Shown: positions 8,320 through 17,536 of the stretch, in pieces | Layout of the letters: each line of letters begins with the position of its first letter | How positions within the stretch are numbered: position 1 is the first letter of the stretch | IMG/VR virus record: IMGVR_UViG_3300044724_008721 | Span: 1-28,100 of that record | Length of the DNA stretch: 28,100 nucleotides | Source: a virus | Taxonomy: Duplodnaviria > Caudoviricetes | Direction: 5' to 3' (one strand) | The notes under the pieces: generated by a model | Database searches by the model: none | Told to the model about the DNA's origin: nothing | Seen by the model: only the letters and a program-made list of their open reading frames with translations | Translations under genes and position numbers: made by a program

Positions 8320-9225
8320 ATGAAAAAATTAAATGATAAGCAATTATTAGCGATTGTTAAAACCGATATTGAAGCGTTTAATGCTTATAGAAAAAAAAAT
8401 CCTGACCAAAAAATAGAGTTCACAAAGTTAAAGGGTGTAAATCTTAAAAATTGTGATTTAGATTATGCAAACTTTAGCAACATGAACTTAGAAGGATTAG
8501 AATTTACAAATTCAAACATGGAAAATGTTAAATTAAAAGAATCAAACATTAGTAATTGCAATTTTGTTAGGTGCATCTTAAATAATTCAGATTTTAGATC
8601 TTCAAACGCAAATAATGCAAGTTTTATAGATGCTGAAGCTCAAAATTGTGATTTTAGATCTTCGGATATAGAATCAGCTTTTTTTGAAGGGGCTAATTTA
8701 AATTATTCTGATTTTAGATGCGTAAAAGCAAAAAGCACTTGTTTTAAATCTGCTAGAGCTTCAGGTTGTGATTTTCGTGAGGTAAATGTTGAATTAGCTA
8801 ATTTTAGTAAGTGTAGGTTACATTATTCTGATTTTAGAAATTCTAATTTTAATTCATACCAAAAAAATGATTCTTTTCACAGTAAAAAAATTGTGACTGG
8901 TAAAGAATATCGTATAGATGATTGGTATGAAGAATTTTATTATGCTTCAACACTTATGCTTGATAAAGATAAAAAAGATGAAGAAAGAGAAAGAAAATCG
9001 AAAAAATTAGGAATATATATGGCTTTTCCTTTTGTTTCTTTTACTATGGTTTTTTTGTATCTTTCTATGAAAAGCGTAGATCAAAGTAGTTATGGAAATT
9101 TTAGTTGGGAAATAATTTTTAGTCTTTTTTTGGCTATATTATCGGGGGTTTTTTGTCTTTGCACTGAACTTTCTGTTATTGAAGATCTTAACCTTACGCA
9201 TTACTTGGATGATTTGAAAATATGA
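8320..9225 (+). CDS. Pentapeptide-repeat protein with two C-terminal TM helices
   Basis: Long run of repeats such as VNLKN-CDLDY-ANFSN and SDFRS/CDFRS/SDFRC; two hydrophobic segments near the C-terminus. Confidence 0.85.
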   Translation: MKKLNDKQLLAIVKTDIEAFNAYRKKNPDQKIEFTKLKGVNLKNCDLDYANFSNMNLEGLEFTNSNMENVKLKESNISNCNFVRCILNNSDFRSSNANNASFIDAEAQNCDFRSSDIESAFFEGANLNYSDFRCVKAKSTCFKSARASGCDFREVNVELANFSKCRLHYSDFRNSNFNSYQKNDSFHSKKIVTGKEYRIDDWYEEFYYASTLMLDKDKKDEERERKSKKLGIYMAFPFVSFTMVFLYLSMKSVDQSSYGNFSWEIIFSLFLAILSGVFCLCTELSVIEDLNLTHYLDDLKI

Positions 9226-9252
9226 AAGAATTAAAATAAAGATTGGTGATAT

Positions 9253-10341
9253 ATGAGACATAAAATTTTAGACAGATCTATAGAAAAAGAAAGTATAACA
9301 TATAATATTTTGGTTACTGGGGGGGCAGGGTTTATAGGTTCACATATTGTTGAAGAACTTTTGAAAAAAGAGGTTTTTTTTAAATTACCACATAAAAAAA
9401 CAAAAATTGAGTTTAAAATTTTTATTCTAGATAATTTTTCTACTGGAAAAATGGAGAATATAGAAGATTTTTTAAATAATGAGAATGTAAGTGTAATAAA
9501 AGGAGATTTAACTGACTATAAATCTTTACTTGAGGTAATGCTAGACATTGACTATGTTATACATCAAGGGGCTTTAGGGTCTGTTCCTAGATCATTTGAC
9601 GAACCTAAGCTATATGCTCAACACAATATTATCGCAACAATGAACATATTTAACATTGCTGAGCTTTACAAACATCAAATAAAAGGGATTGTTCAAGCGT
9701 CTAGTTCTAGTGTATATGGTGACACTGAAGAATTACCAAAACATGAAGAAATGGATGTAACCCCTAAATCCCCTTACGCATTTAGCAAACTAGTATGCGA
9801 AGAAATGGCTCATAACTTTAATCTAAGAACTAAAATACCAGTAACTAGCTTACGTTATTTCAATGTTTTTGGATCAAGACAAAACTTAAACGGTATATAC
9901 TCGCCTGTAATCCCTAACTTTATTAATGCTATTAATAATAACGAACCTTGCATAATTCATGGTGACGGAACACAAACAAGGGATTTTACCTATGTTAAAT
10001 ATGTAGCAGAGGTAAACATTAACAGAATGATAAATGACTTATATGTAAGTTGGTGTACTAAATCTACCGCAAGTAATACAGGGTCTAGAATTTTAAATGT
10101 TGGTTTTGGGGAAAATCGTAGTATTAACGATATTTTTAAACAATTAGGGGGAACAAAAACGACACATACAGAAACTAGGCAAGGGGATGTTAAAGATACA
10201 TTAGCCTGTGTCGATAGAATAGAAAGACTAGAAGGGTGTAATTATACAGGATTAGATTACAATTATGTACATTATAGCAAAGATAATTTTAAAGAATATC
10301 TAGAAGAAACAGTTAGGTTTTATAAAAATGAAAACTATTGA
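9253..10341 (+). CDS. NAD-dependent nucleotide-sugar epimerase/dehydratase (WbpP/TviC-like)
   Basis: ILVTGGAGFIGSH, HQGALGSVPRS, ASSSSVYG, YAFSK (YxxxK), LRYFNVFG, GDGTQTRDFTYV. Confidence 0.92.
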   Translation: MRHKILDRSIEKESITYNILVTGGAGFIGSHIVEELLKKEVFFKLPHKKTKIEFKIFILDNFSTGKMENIEDFLNNENVSVIKGDLTDYKSLLEVMLDIDYVIHQGALGSVPRSFDEPKLYAQHNIIATMNIFNIAELYKHQIKGIVQASSSSVYGDTEELPKHEEMDVTPKSPYAFSKLVCEEMAHNFNLRTKIPVTSLRYFNVFGSRQNLNGIYSPVIPNFINAINNNEPCIIHGDGTQTRDFTYVKYVAEVNINRMINDLYVSWCTKSTASNTGSRILNVGFGENRSINDIFKQLGGTKTTHTETRQGDVKDTLACVDRIERLEGCNYTGLDYNYVHYSKDNFKEYLEETVRFYKNENY

Positions 10342-10376
10342 AACAAATACATTATTTATAATTTTAATAATAGTAA

Positions 10377-10625
10377 TTATATTGAAGTAAGATTAGATAG
10401 TGTGTTAAGTGTACTATTAATTGATAGTTCTACTACTTTTAATTGGTTTTGTATTTGTTTTTGCGTTTCTTTTAGTTCTTCGTTATTATGTTCAAAATTG
10501 TCTAGTTTACCATCCATGTATATACAGTTAATATCAACTATAGTGTTAATGTCTTGCTGATCTCGTTTAAGTTTTTCAACAATTTTTTCAAGTTTAGATA
10601 ATCTTTTTTCAATGTCATTGCTCAT
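10377..10625 (-). CDS. Small coiled-coil hypothetical protein
   Basis: Heptad pattern; overlaps the upstream gene; last gene of the late operon. Confidence 0.65.
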   Translation of the reverse strand: MSNDIEKRLSKLEKIVEKLKRDQQDINTIVDINCIYMDGKLDNFEHNNEELKETQKQIQNQLKVVELSINSTLNTLSNLTSI

Positions 10626-10965
10626 TTTTCTTTATATGCTCTAATTCACGCTCATTTACTGCAAGTATCACCTGCTGTTTTTGGATAATTTTACTAAGTT
10701 CAATCACGCTATCTTTAAGACTGCATAGCTCTCTTTTTAAGGTATCAAATTCTTTTGATAAATTTTCTTGTAGGACATATTTTGTTTTTAAATCGTTTTT
10801 TAATTCTGCAATAACAAGATCATTTTTTCTATCTTTTTTATGATTAGTTACTAAATTAAAAATAACGCTAGGCGAATTAAACAAAATTAAAAGAGAAATT
10901 ATCTCTAAAACTCCTGCACCCTGTAAAAGCTTAATTATAAAACCTAATGAAATATTTTCTACCAT
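10615..10965 (-). CDS. Membrane protein with coiled coil, possible lysis accessory or holin-like protein
   Basis: N-terminal hydrophobic stretch followed by coiled coil; downstream of the lysin. Confidence 0.55.
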   Translation of the reverse strand: MVENISLGFIIKLLQGAGVLEIISLLILFNSPSVIFNLVTNHKKDRKNDLVIAELKNDLKTKYVLQENLSKEFDTLKRELCSLKDSVIELSKIIQKQQVILAVNERELEHIKKNEQ

Positions 10966-10968
10966 ATA

Positions 10969-11259
10969 CTAATTAAATATAACATAATCAAACATTTTTG
11001 AAAAAACTAAACTCAAAATAGATGTAATAATAGTAGCATATACACCTATTTTTATTTTTAAAGTTTTTATTTCATTTGCTAGTTTTAAAGTAAAATCAGA
11101 TAAAACTAATTCTAACGTATTAAGCCCTATTTCTATTACTTCTCTTTTTTCTGCTTCTTCTTTTTTAGTAAGTTTTTTAGAAGTGATATACTCTTTAATT
11201 AAGATATCTTTATATTCTCTTACCTTAGTTTGTAAAATTGAAGCGTCTAGATTTACCAT
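10969..11259 (-). CDS. Small protein with C-terminal TM helix, possible holin-like protein
   Basis: IGVYATIITSILSLVFS tail; ATG at 11259 overlaps the upstream gene end (track start is TTG at 11277). Confidence 0.55.
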   Translation of the reverse strand: MVNLDASILQTKVREYKDILIKEYITSKKLTKKEEAEKREVIEIGLNTLELVLSDFTLKLANEIKTLKIKIGVYATIITSILSLVFSKMFDYVIFN

Positions 11260-11522
11260 TTTACTTTGTCTGCCCAATACGCACCACTCATCTTTCCTTT
11301 AGCAATATTACTTGCATGACGTGCTTTAAATGATTTACGCCTTGCGTTTGATTTAGCATCCGTCTTACTACCTGCACCACTAACCCCTTGCTGACCAAAA
11401 CGGACAAGTTTTTCTTTGCCATTCTCTCGAGCTAATACTGCATGTGATTTCGTGGGATGGCTTGGTGTTCGTTTTGGTTTATTGTACCCTGAAAAAGTTT
11501 CTTTCCCTTTTTTTATTGTCAT
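11253..11522 (-). CDS. Conserved basic phage protein of unknown function
   Basis: GYNKPKRTPSHPTKSHAVLA...RFGQQG...RRKSFKARH...AYWADKVKW, a pattern I recall from aquatic phages. Confidence 0.8.
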   Translation of the reverse strand: MTIKKGKETFSGYNKPKRTPSHPTKSHAVLARENGKEKLVRFGQQGVSGAGSKTDAKSNARRKSFKARHASNIAKGKMSGAYWADKVKW

Positions 11523-11665
11523 CGTTTTTTTGCTGTTTTTTTAGCCATTTTAAATGCTTTAGCTGTTGGATAACCTTTTTCCCCTTTTTTCTTTGGGCTT
11601 TCTCCGCTACCTGCTTCAATTCGTTTTTTCTTTGCGTTTATGTTGCTGTACAATCCTTTTTTCAT
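11519..11665 (-). CDS. 48-aa basic phage protein (MKKGLYSNINAKKKRIEAGSGESPKKKGEKGYPTAKAFKMAKKTAKKR)
   Basis: Not in the ORF track; starts immediately after the upstream TAA, ATGA overlap downstream; GLYxNIxAKxKRI...PTAKAF pattern recalled from aquatic phages. Confidence 0.8.
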   Translation of the reverse strand: MKKGLYSNINAKKKRIEAGSGESPKKKGEKGYPTAKAFKMAKKTAKKR

Positions 11666-11953
11666 TTAGATATCCTTTTTTTTAAATTTAAAGCGTTTAT
11701 TCTCATAATTCACTAACCAATCAGGAATAAAATCTGCATCTTGAGTAAGTTTTTTCGCAAGTTTTAACTTGTCGTACAAAGTCATTCCTTTCGTTTTATT
11801 CTCTAATAAATCTAAAAGTTTATTATCTAATTTAGTTTTTGTACTATCTGCAATTATATGTGCCATACTACTAGCAATTTCATAAAATTGGTCGTCATTT
11901 TCTTTGAAAAGTTTTTTAAAAAATATTTTAACTTTCCCTAACAATTTTTTCAT
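11666..11953 (-). CDS. Hypothetical protein
   Basis: 95 aa, ATGA overlap with the lysin gene, amphipathic basic N-terminus. Confidence 0.7.
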   Translation of the reverse strand: MKKLLGKVKIFFKKLFKENDDQFYEIASSMAHIIADSTKTKLDNKLLDLLENKTKGMTLYDKLKLAKKLTQDADFIPDWLVNYENKRFKFKKKDI

Positions 11954-12426
11954 TCGTCAAACTCCTTGATTTTAATTACATGTAATAAGTCACTACGCCT
12001 ATCAATTGGCCTAATTCTTACACATGCGTTCGTTTTCATTGCATCCTGAAATGTGGTTGTTTTACTCCCCCCTCCACCTGCTTCTATCATTTGTTTATTA
12101 TTTAATGCGATAGCAACATGAGTAACTTTTTCCTTACCAAAAAACAATAAACAACCAAAACTTATATTTTTAGGGTTTGATTCTTCAATATTTTTAAAAT
12201 AATTATATAAATCATTAGATGTTTGATCGCCTTTAGGGTCTACACCAATGATGGACAAAGCGTCTTGAACAAAACCGCTACAATCATACCCTTCAAGGCA
12301 ATTATTACCACCCCACTTATAAGGCGTACCTAGAACAGATTGAAAAAACATCATTAAACTTTCTTTGTTAGTCATTTTTTTTTCATTTAATAAACTTTTT
12401 ATAAATTTGCATATAAAATCTATCAC
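11950..12426 (-). CDS. NlpC/P60 (C40) cell-wall peptidase, probable endolysin
   Basis: LGTPYKWGG...GYDCSGFV (catalytic Cys), LLFFG...THVAI (His). Confidence 0.9.
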   Translation of the reverse strand: MIDFICKFIKSLLNEKKMTNKESLMMFFQSVLGTPYKWGGNNCLEGYDCSGFVQDALSIIGVDPKGDQTSNDLYNYFKNIEESNPKNISFGCLLFFGKEKVTHVAIALNNKQMIEAGGGGSKTTTFQDAMKTNACVRIRPIDRRSDLLHVIKIKEFDE

Positions 12427-13772
12427 TTATTTTCTAAAATTTCTACTTTTTTTGTTAGTTCTTGAACACTTTTAACTAGAACGCTCACAATCGATGTAAC
12501 ATTAATTGATTTAACGTCGCCATCAATTACAGCATTAGGAATCACTTTCTCCAACTCTTGAGCAATAAATCCAAAAATATTATTTCCTTTATCTTTTTGC
12601 TTCCAATCAAATATTCTTGGTTTAATTTCTTTTATTATTTCTAGCCCTGTCTTTTCAAAATTTCTTACATTTTTTTTCAATGAAATGTCGGATGTGTCAT
12701 TGAAATCGCCACTAGCAATACCATTAGCAGTAACGTATATTGCATCTTGAACATTTAGAACAGTTACAGAAGCTGAAGACGTTCCACTGGCTTTAATTCT
12801 TGCTACCGTTCCAGGATTACCAGAATTCAAGCTAGAATCATCAACATCAAGCCTATGACTAGGTGATGATAATCCGATACCAACCCTATTATTAGTAGAA
12901 TCTACTTTTAACGTTGATGTGTCAAAAGTAGCATCTCCACTAACTGTAAGACTTGTTAATGTTCCAACACTTGTAATATTAGTTTGACTAGCTGTAGATA
13001 AAGTCCCTACTAAAGCTGTATCTGCCGTTATTGTGCCACCATCAATATTGCTAGATCCTACATCAATATTGCCAAACCCTGAGGTTATACTACCGCTATT
13101 CAATGCACCTGTAGATGTAATACTTGTATTAACAACACCACTTCCTAATGTGTCGTTACTTAATACACTTGTTCCATTAATTTTGAAAACATCACCTGAA
13201 ACTAAATTTAACCCTGTTGTATCAAACGTTGCTTGCAATGTTCCTGAGCCTTTAAATTCAAACGTATCATCTTCAGAATCAAAAATAATGCCTGAAGCTC
13301 CTGCACCGTCTGTTTGTATTACTAAATCAGTGCCATTAAAAAAAAGTCCACTATCATTACTAGCACCTAAAACAAAAGCTCCTACATCTGTAAGAGTAGA
13401 AGCGTCTGAACCTAATCTTAAAAATCCTGAAGTCTTTAACCCTTCTGCACCGTCTGTCGTATCAAACTCTAATAGTCCTGTTTTCCCTGAAGCGTCAAAA
13501 CTTAAAGCTGAAGCAACATTATCCTGTAAATCCCAATCGATAGCGTTACTAATCGTAGTAATATCACTAGATAAAGTAATACCATTAAATATCCCATTTC
13601 TGCTACTATTAATAGTTTCAGTTCCCCCGATTAACAATTTACCTATATTGACAGCTTTAACACCACTAGAAAGACCATCTGTAACGTTTGAAACATTCCC
13701 ATTAAGTCGTGGGGCTGTAATTGTGTTACCAGTAGCCCAAGTATAAAATTGTGAAATATAATTTTCTGACAT
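12423..13772 (-). CDS. Tail fibre/spike with C-terminal intramolecular chaperone (peptidase S74)
   Basis: Ser/Thr/Gly-rich beta body, NNRVGIG motif, TSDISLKKNV cleavage motif, FGFIAQELEKVIP and terminal coiled coil. Confidence 0.88.
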   Translation of the reverse strand: MSENYISQFYTWATGNTITAPRLNGNVSNVTDGLSSGVKAVNIGKLLIGGTETINSSRNGIFNGITLSSDITTISNAIDWDLQDNVASALSFDASGKTGLLEFDTTDGAEGLKTSGFLRLGSDASTLTDVGAFVLGASNDSGLFFNGTDLVIQTDGAGASGIIFDSEDDTFEFKGSGTLQATFDTTGLNLVSGDVFKINGTSVLSNDTLGSGVVNTSITSTGALNSGSITSGFGNIDVGSSNIDGGTITADTALVGTLSTASQTNITSVGTLTSLTVSGDATFDTSTLKVDSTNNRVGIGLSSPSHRLDVDDSSLNSGNPGTVARIKASGTSSASVTVLNVQDAIYVTANGIASGDFNDTSDISLKKNVRNFEKTGLEIIKEIKPRIFDWKQKDKGNNIFGFIAQELEKVIPNAVIDGDVKSINVTSIVSVLVKSVQELTKKVEILENK

Positions 13773-13774
13773 AA

Positions 13775-15124
13775 TTACTCCTTTATTTTTCTTCTAATTA
13801 ATGGTTTATTTTCTTCTTGTATCGGTGTTAAACCTGCTGAACCTGCAACTAATTTTCTTCCTGCTGTAATAACTGGCCTATCAACAAGTAACTTTTTTCC
13901 TGCTTCTTTGGCTGACAATCTAAATGGTAATTGTTTTTTATATTGCTCCACTAACAAATCACCAATAACAGGTATTTTACCTCCTGTTTTTTGGAGTAAA
14001 CTAGGTTTAAGTTGTGGTATGGCATTAGCTACTTGTATAGCTCTAACATATTCGCCTATATTAGATACTATATTAGTTTCTAGGTTATCACCTTTTTTAC
14101 TTATTTCTTTATATATTTTTAATAATTGGTCTTGTTCTTCTCTAGATTTATTCTTAACAAATCTACCCATACCACCTTCTATTTTTTTGTCTGCTTGTTG
14201 AGTAATCTTATTTTCGAATAGTGTTCTTAATTTATCGGTATTTTCTCCGTACTCTTTCGCCTTTGTGTTAATTTTTTTATTTCTTAAAACTTTGTCTGAA
14301 AACTCTCTTATTTTGTAATAAGGTTGTTGAGTTAATTTTTCGCCTGATTTCCAATCGATAGCATCATCAGCCTGTTTTCTAATTTTATACAGTTTATCCA
14401 TTGTTAAGTTAGGGTCTGTAAGATCGTCAAATAGTTTGGTGTAAACTTGTTTATTTGCCACTATAGGGTCTAGTTCTAATCCTGACTTACCTAAAAGTTT
14501 ATTAAATTCTTTTCTTGCTTTTGGATTTTTCTTTAAAATACCAGTAGACACCGCTTTTTGTTGCTTACTTATAATATAGTTTTTAAGCGAATCATAGGAT
14601 TTGCCCATTTTATCACCAACTGCATCAATAAATGGTTTTGTTTCGGTTATTTTGGTAATTGGTATTTTTTTCATTCCTCTAAGAATATCGCTATTATCTG
14701 CTATAACATCTTCAGCTGTTTTAATTGCTACATCTGCTACATTTTTCTTTTTTTGCTTTAATAATAATTTACCAATTTTTTTAATCTTGCTTATACTACC
14801 TAAAGCTAAATCTATACCTGCGGATTTTAAACCTTGTTTTGTTGCTTCTGTTACTGGCTCACCTTCTGCTATCCCTTCTACAAGTCGTGACACTCCTACA
14901 ATAGGAGCTGAAATAAACGGTAATGCTAAAGGTGGTGCTAACGTTGCGTAAGGTGCAAGTTTAGCCCCTGTAGCTATCTTTTCTCTTAATGTTTTTGGTT
15001 GCTCAGGTACAAACTCAGCTTTTTTTTGTTGGGGATATTCTTTTCTCAGAACATTTTGAATTTCTTGGTCTGACATAGTATCAGGAAATTCTATTATTTC
15101 GTTACCTACTTGAACCTCAATCAT
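13775..15124 (-). CDS. Putative internal virion/ejection protein
   Basis: Position in the module; N-terminal IEFPDTMSDQEI motif; Lys-rich helical body; ATG at 15124 follows GAGGT (track start 15136). Confidence 0.6.
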   Translation of the reverse strand: MIEVQVGNEIIEFPDTMSDQEIQNVLRKEYPQQKKAEFVPEQPKTLREKIATGAKLAPYATLAPPLALPFISAPIVGVSRLVEGIAEGEPVTEATKQGLKSAGIDLALGSISKIKKIGKLLLKQKKKNVADVAIKTAEDVIADNSDILRGMKKIPITKITETKPFIDAVGDKMGKSYDSLKNYIISKQQKAVSTGILKKNPKARKEFNKLLGKSGLELDPIVANKQVYTKLFDDLTDPNLTMDKLYKIRKQADDAIDWKSGEKLTQQPYYKIREFSDKVLRNKKINTKAKEYGENTDKLRTLFENKITQQADKKIEGGMGRFVKNKSREEQDQLLKIYKEISKKGDNLETNIVSNIGEYVRAIQVANAIPQLKPSLLQKTGGKIPVIGDLLVEQYKKQLPFRLSAKEAGKKLLVDRPVITAGRKLVAGSAGLTPIQEENKPLIRRKIKE

Positions 15125-16208
15125 TTTTGACCTCAATTAGTTTGTTTGTTTCTTTGTCATATATTTTTCTAACTTTTGTTGGTTTCCTAACTGATTTACT
15201 AAGTATATCGTCTACGCTTAGGATGCCTTGTTCTTTAAATTCTAAAAGACCAGTTCTTAGACGATCTAATTCTAGTGCAAAAGCTTCAGGGGTCATTCCT
15301 TCCTCTAGTGCTTTTTGTGCATTAATTAATAACCCTAATTCTTTCTCAGATACTTGGCCTAAAGCCCCACCAGTCGGACTTGCGTCTCTCATTTTTTGCA
15401 ATTCGTCAAACCCTAAATTGGCTTGTATTAATTTTAATTTTGCCATTGCTGTATTTTGTATGGGATTTCCTATTAATCTCATTCCCTTTTCACCTAAGGC
15501 TTCCCATGTACCAGTGGCAGTGATAGCATTTCCTAATTCGGTTAATTGAATCTCACCGTTTTCATTAACAAGCATAAGCTCATCAATAGCACTTAATACA
15601 TTATCATGTTTTTCAAACTGTAACTTTGTTTTTGCAACATCAGCCTCAGCACTATCTAAGTCTTTTTCGTATTTTTCTTGGTTAAATATAGCTTTTCCAG
15701 TATCTTCAGAAACATTAATATATTTTTCTCCATAAGGTTTAGCATATATGTTTTCTACCAAGCCTACATTTTCTTGGTTTAATTCAACTTGCCCTTTTTT
15801 AATTAATTCAGATTGCAGTTTTCGTTCTTCTCTTGCTTCTTTTTGTATAGCTCTTTCTTCTTTGCGTTGTTCTGCTTGTCTTTCTTGTAGTAATTTGACT
15901 TTTTCTAATTGTTGTTGTTGCTGTTGCTCTTTTCTTTGCCTTAAAATACTAGGCACTTGTCTAATCGCTTCAGCTGTTCTTGGTGCTTCTCTACCTGTAA
16001 TAACTTCACCGATAACTTGTCCTGCTAAACCGCCTAACTCTGCCCTAGTGTAAGGGTCTGTTTTCTGAAACTGTTGAACACCTCTCTGTGCAATTCCTGC
16101 TAAACCTGAACCTATAGATTCAGCAGTCTGAGCAGTCTTTTCAAGCAATGATTTTAACCCTAAAGCACTTAATACACTTTTATTTTGCAATTCTTCAAAA
16201 CTAGGCAT
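15117..16208 (-). CDS. Putative DNA ejection/transfer protein
   Basis: LQKMRDASPTGGALGQVSEKEL motif typical of podophage injection proteins; ATG at 16208 follows GAGGTGG (track start 16217). Confidence 0.65.
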   Translation of the reverse strand: MPSFEELQNKSVLSALGLKSLLEKTAQTAESIGSGLAGIAQRGVQQFQKTDPYTRAELGGLAGQVIGEVITGREAPRTAEAIRQVPSILRQRKEQQQQQQLEKVKLLQERQAEQRKEERAIQKEAREERKLQSELIKKGQVELNQENVGLVENIYAKPYGEKYINVSEDTGKAIFNQEKYEKDLDSAEADVAKTKLQFEKHDNVLSAIDELMLVNENGEIQLTELGNAITATGTWEALGEKGMRLIGNPIQNTAMAKLKLIQANLGFDELQKMRDASPTGGALGQVSEKELGLLINAQKALEEGMTPEAFALELDRLRTGLLEFKEQGILSVDDILSKSVRKPTKVRKIYDKETNKLIEVKND

Positions 16209-16584
16209 AGGTACCACCTCTATATTGTGACATGAAGTTACTCGGTTGATATTGTCGCATTTGTGTAGTTGCTATTTTCGTAGACTGTGAAGGTTTATTA
16301 ATCATGCCCCCTAACCCTTTACCTAGTGTAGCTCCTATCCCTGCCCCTACTGGACCACCAAAAATTGCTCCCCCTACTGTACCTAAAGCAGTTAGAATTG
16401 AAGTAAAAACCCCTGATTTACGTTGTTTTGCTTGTTCTTCTTGTTGCCTTCTTATAGCTTCTTCTTCACGTCTTAACATATCAGCTTGAACCATAGATTG
16501 TCCAAGTTGAACAGATTCTCGTTCACGCATATTAATAATATCTTGTAACCCTAATGACTGTAATAAATTAGATTGATATTGCAT
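16201..16584 (-). CDS. Putative pilot/ejection protein
   Basis: Gly-zipper LGTVGGAIFGGPVGAGIGATLG; AAGGAG RBS. Confidence 0.6.
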   Translation of the reverse strand: MQYQSNLLQSLGLQDIINMRERESVQLGQSMVQADMLRREEEAIRRQQEEQAKQRKSGVFTSILTALGTVGGAIFGGPVGAGIGATLGKGLGGMINKPSQSTKIATTQMRQYQPSNFMSQYRGGTYA

Positions 16585-16596
16585 ATTTAACTCCTT

Positions 16597-17526
16597 TTAT
16601 AATCTTCCTTGAGATCGCATTTCTTCTATTTCTCCGTATGTATAGCCTTTATCAAGTAACTCTGCATATTGTTGATTACGAGTTTGAATCTTATCTTCTT
16701 GACCTGTTGCTATCCTAGCCATTTTCTCTTGTTGAGTTTGCATAAATTCAGGATTAAAAACAAAACTTTCTAGCTGATCTAATACTACATCTTTTTGTTT
16801 TGAGCCTAACTTTTCTCTGAGGTCGATATATTCATCAACTGTTAATCCTGCTTGTGTTGCTTGACGTTGCAACAACAATTCATCATCAGGTGTAAATTGA
16901 AACCCCGTAAACTCACCAGTAGATTCATCGGTTAATACCGTATCTAATATATTCCCTATGATCTGATTAGCATTATCTGAGGTTATTTGGCCTGATTGCA
17001 ACATTCCAAAGATAGCTTCTTCATTCCTGTTATATCTATTTTGTTGATTTTGTAGCTCTAATAAATCAACCTGCTGTTCAAATCCTCGCTCTTGTAATGC
17101 TGTATTATAATCCTGCATTGCTTCTCTTTCTTGTGTAGTAAATTGTCTTTGTTGCTCTGTTTGTTCTGCTTGAAATTCTTGTTGACCTAAACGCTCTTCC
17201 TTTGCAAATTCTCTTTGCTTAGCTAACTCATTAGCTCTATAGGCTTGTTCCATAACATTACCAGTGATTAATCCCATTAACCCTGCTTCTGCTTCTGCTT
17301 GAGCTTCGTATATATCAGCAATAGCCCCTCCCCCTGTCTCACCAAAAGCTAATCCTCTACGAGCTAAACCCTCTAAACCTGCAGTCTCTCTTTCCTTAAA
17401 GCTTTTTTGTAGTGGTTTTACTTGTGTTTCAAAAATTTGTTGTGCTTGTGCCTGTAACTCAGGACTTAATAACCCTTGATTGTTAGGGGATGGATCAGGG
17501 GAATTATTTTGTGGTGTTGATTGCAT
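16597..17526 (-). CDS. Putative internal virion protein (Gln/Glu-rich, helical)
   Basis: LARRGL motif, coiled-coil Q/E tract, located after the tail hub gene; AAGGAG RBS. Confidence 0.55.
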   Translation of the reverse strand: MQSTPQNNSPDPSPNNQGLLSPELQAQAQQIFETQVKPLQKSFKERETAGLEGLARRGLAFGETGGGAIADIYEAQAEAEAGLMGLITGNVMEQAYRANELAKQREFAKEERLGQQEFQAEQTEQQRQFTTQEREAMQDYNTALQERGFEQQVDLLELQNQQNRYNRNEEAIFGMLQSGQITSDNANQIIGNILDTVLTDESTGEFTGFQFTPDDELLLQRQATQAGLTVDEYIDLREKLGSKQKDVVLDQLESFVFNPEFMQTQQEKMARIATGQEDKIQTRNQQYAELLDKGYTYGEIEEMRSQGRL

Positions 17527-17536
17527 GTTTTACTCC

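Noticed and set aside
1648-10341. Host O-antigen/capsule locus or Gtr seroconversion cassette
   Set aside because: No wzx, wzy, wzz, ABC exporter or GtrA/B-like membrane genes; interleaved with phage-type ORFs; a host origin of individual genes is not excluded
10342-10376. Bidirectional terminator between the convergent operons
   Set aside because: Only weak A/T pairing; no convincing stem
11444-11716. 90-aa Phe-rich plus-strand ORF resembling a membrane protein
   Set aside because: Its hydrophobicity is the mirror of Lys codons in the basic minus-strand genes
13033-13746. 237-aa plus-strand ORF
   Set aside because: Antisense shadow of the Ser/Thr/Gly-rich tail fibre gene; no RBS or recognisable motif
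13908-16489. Several plus-strand ORFs of 61-140 aa
   Set aside because: Antisense shadows of the ejection-protein genes
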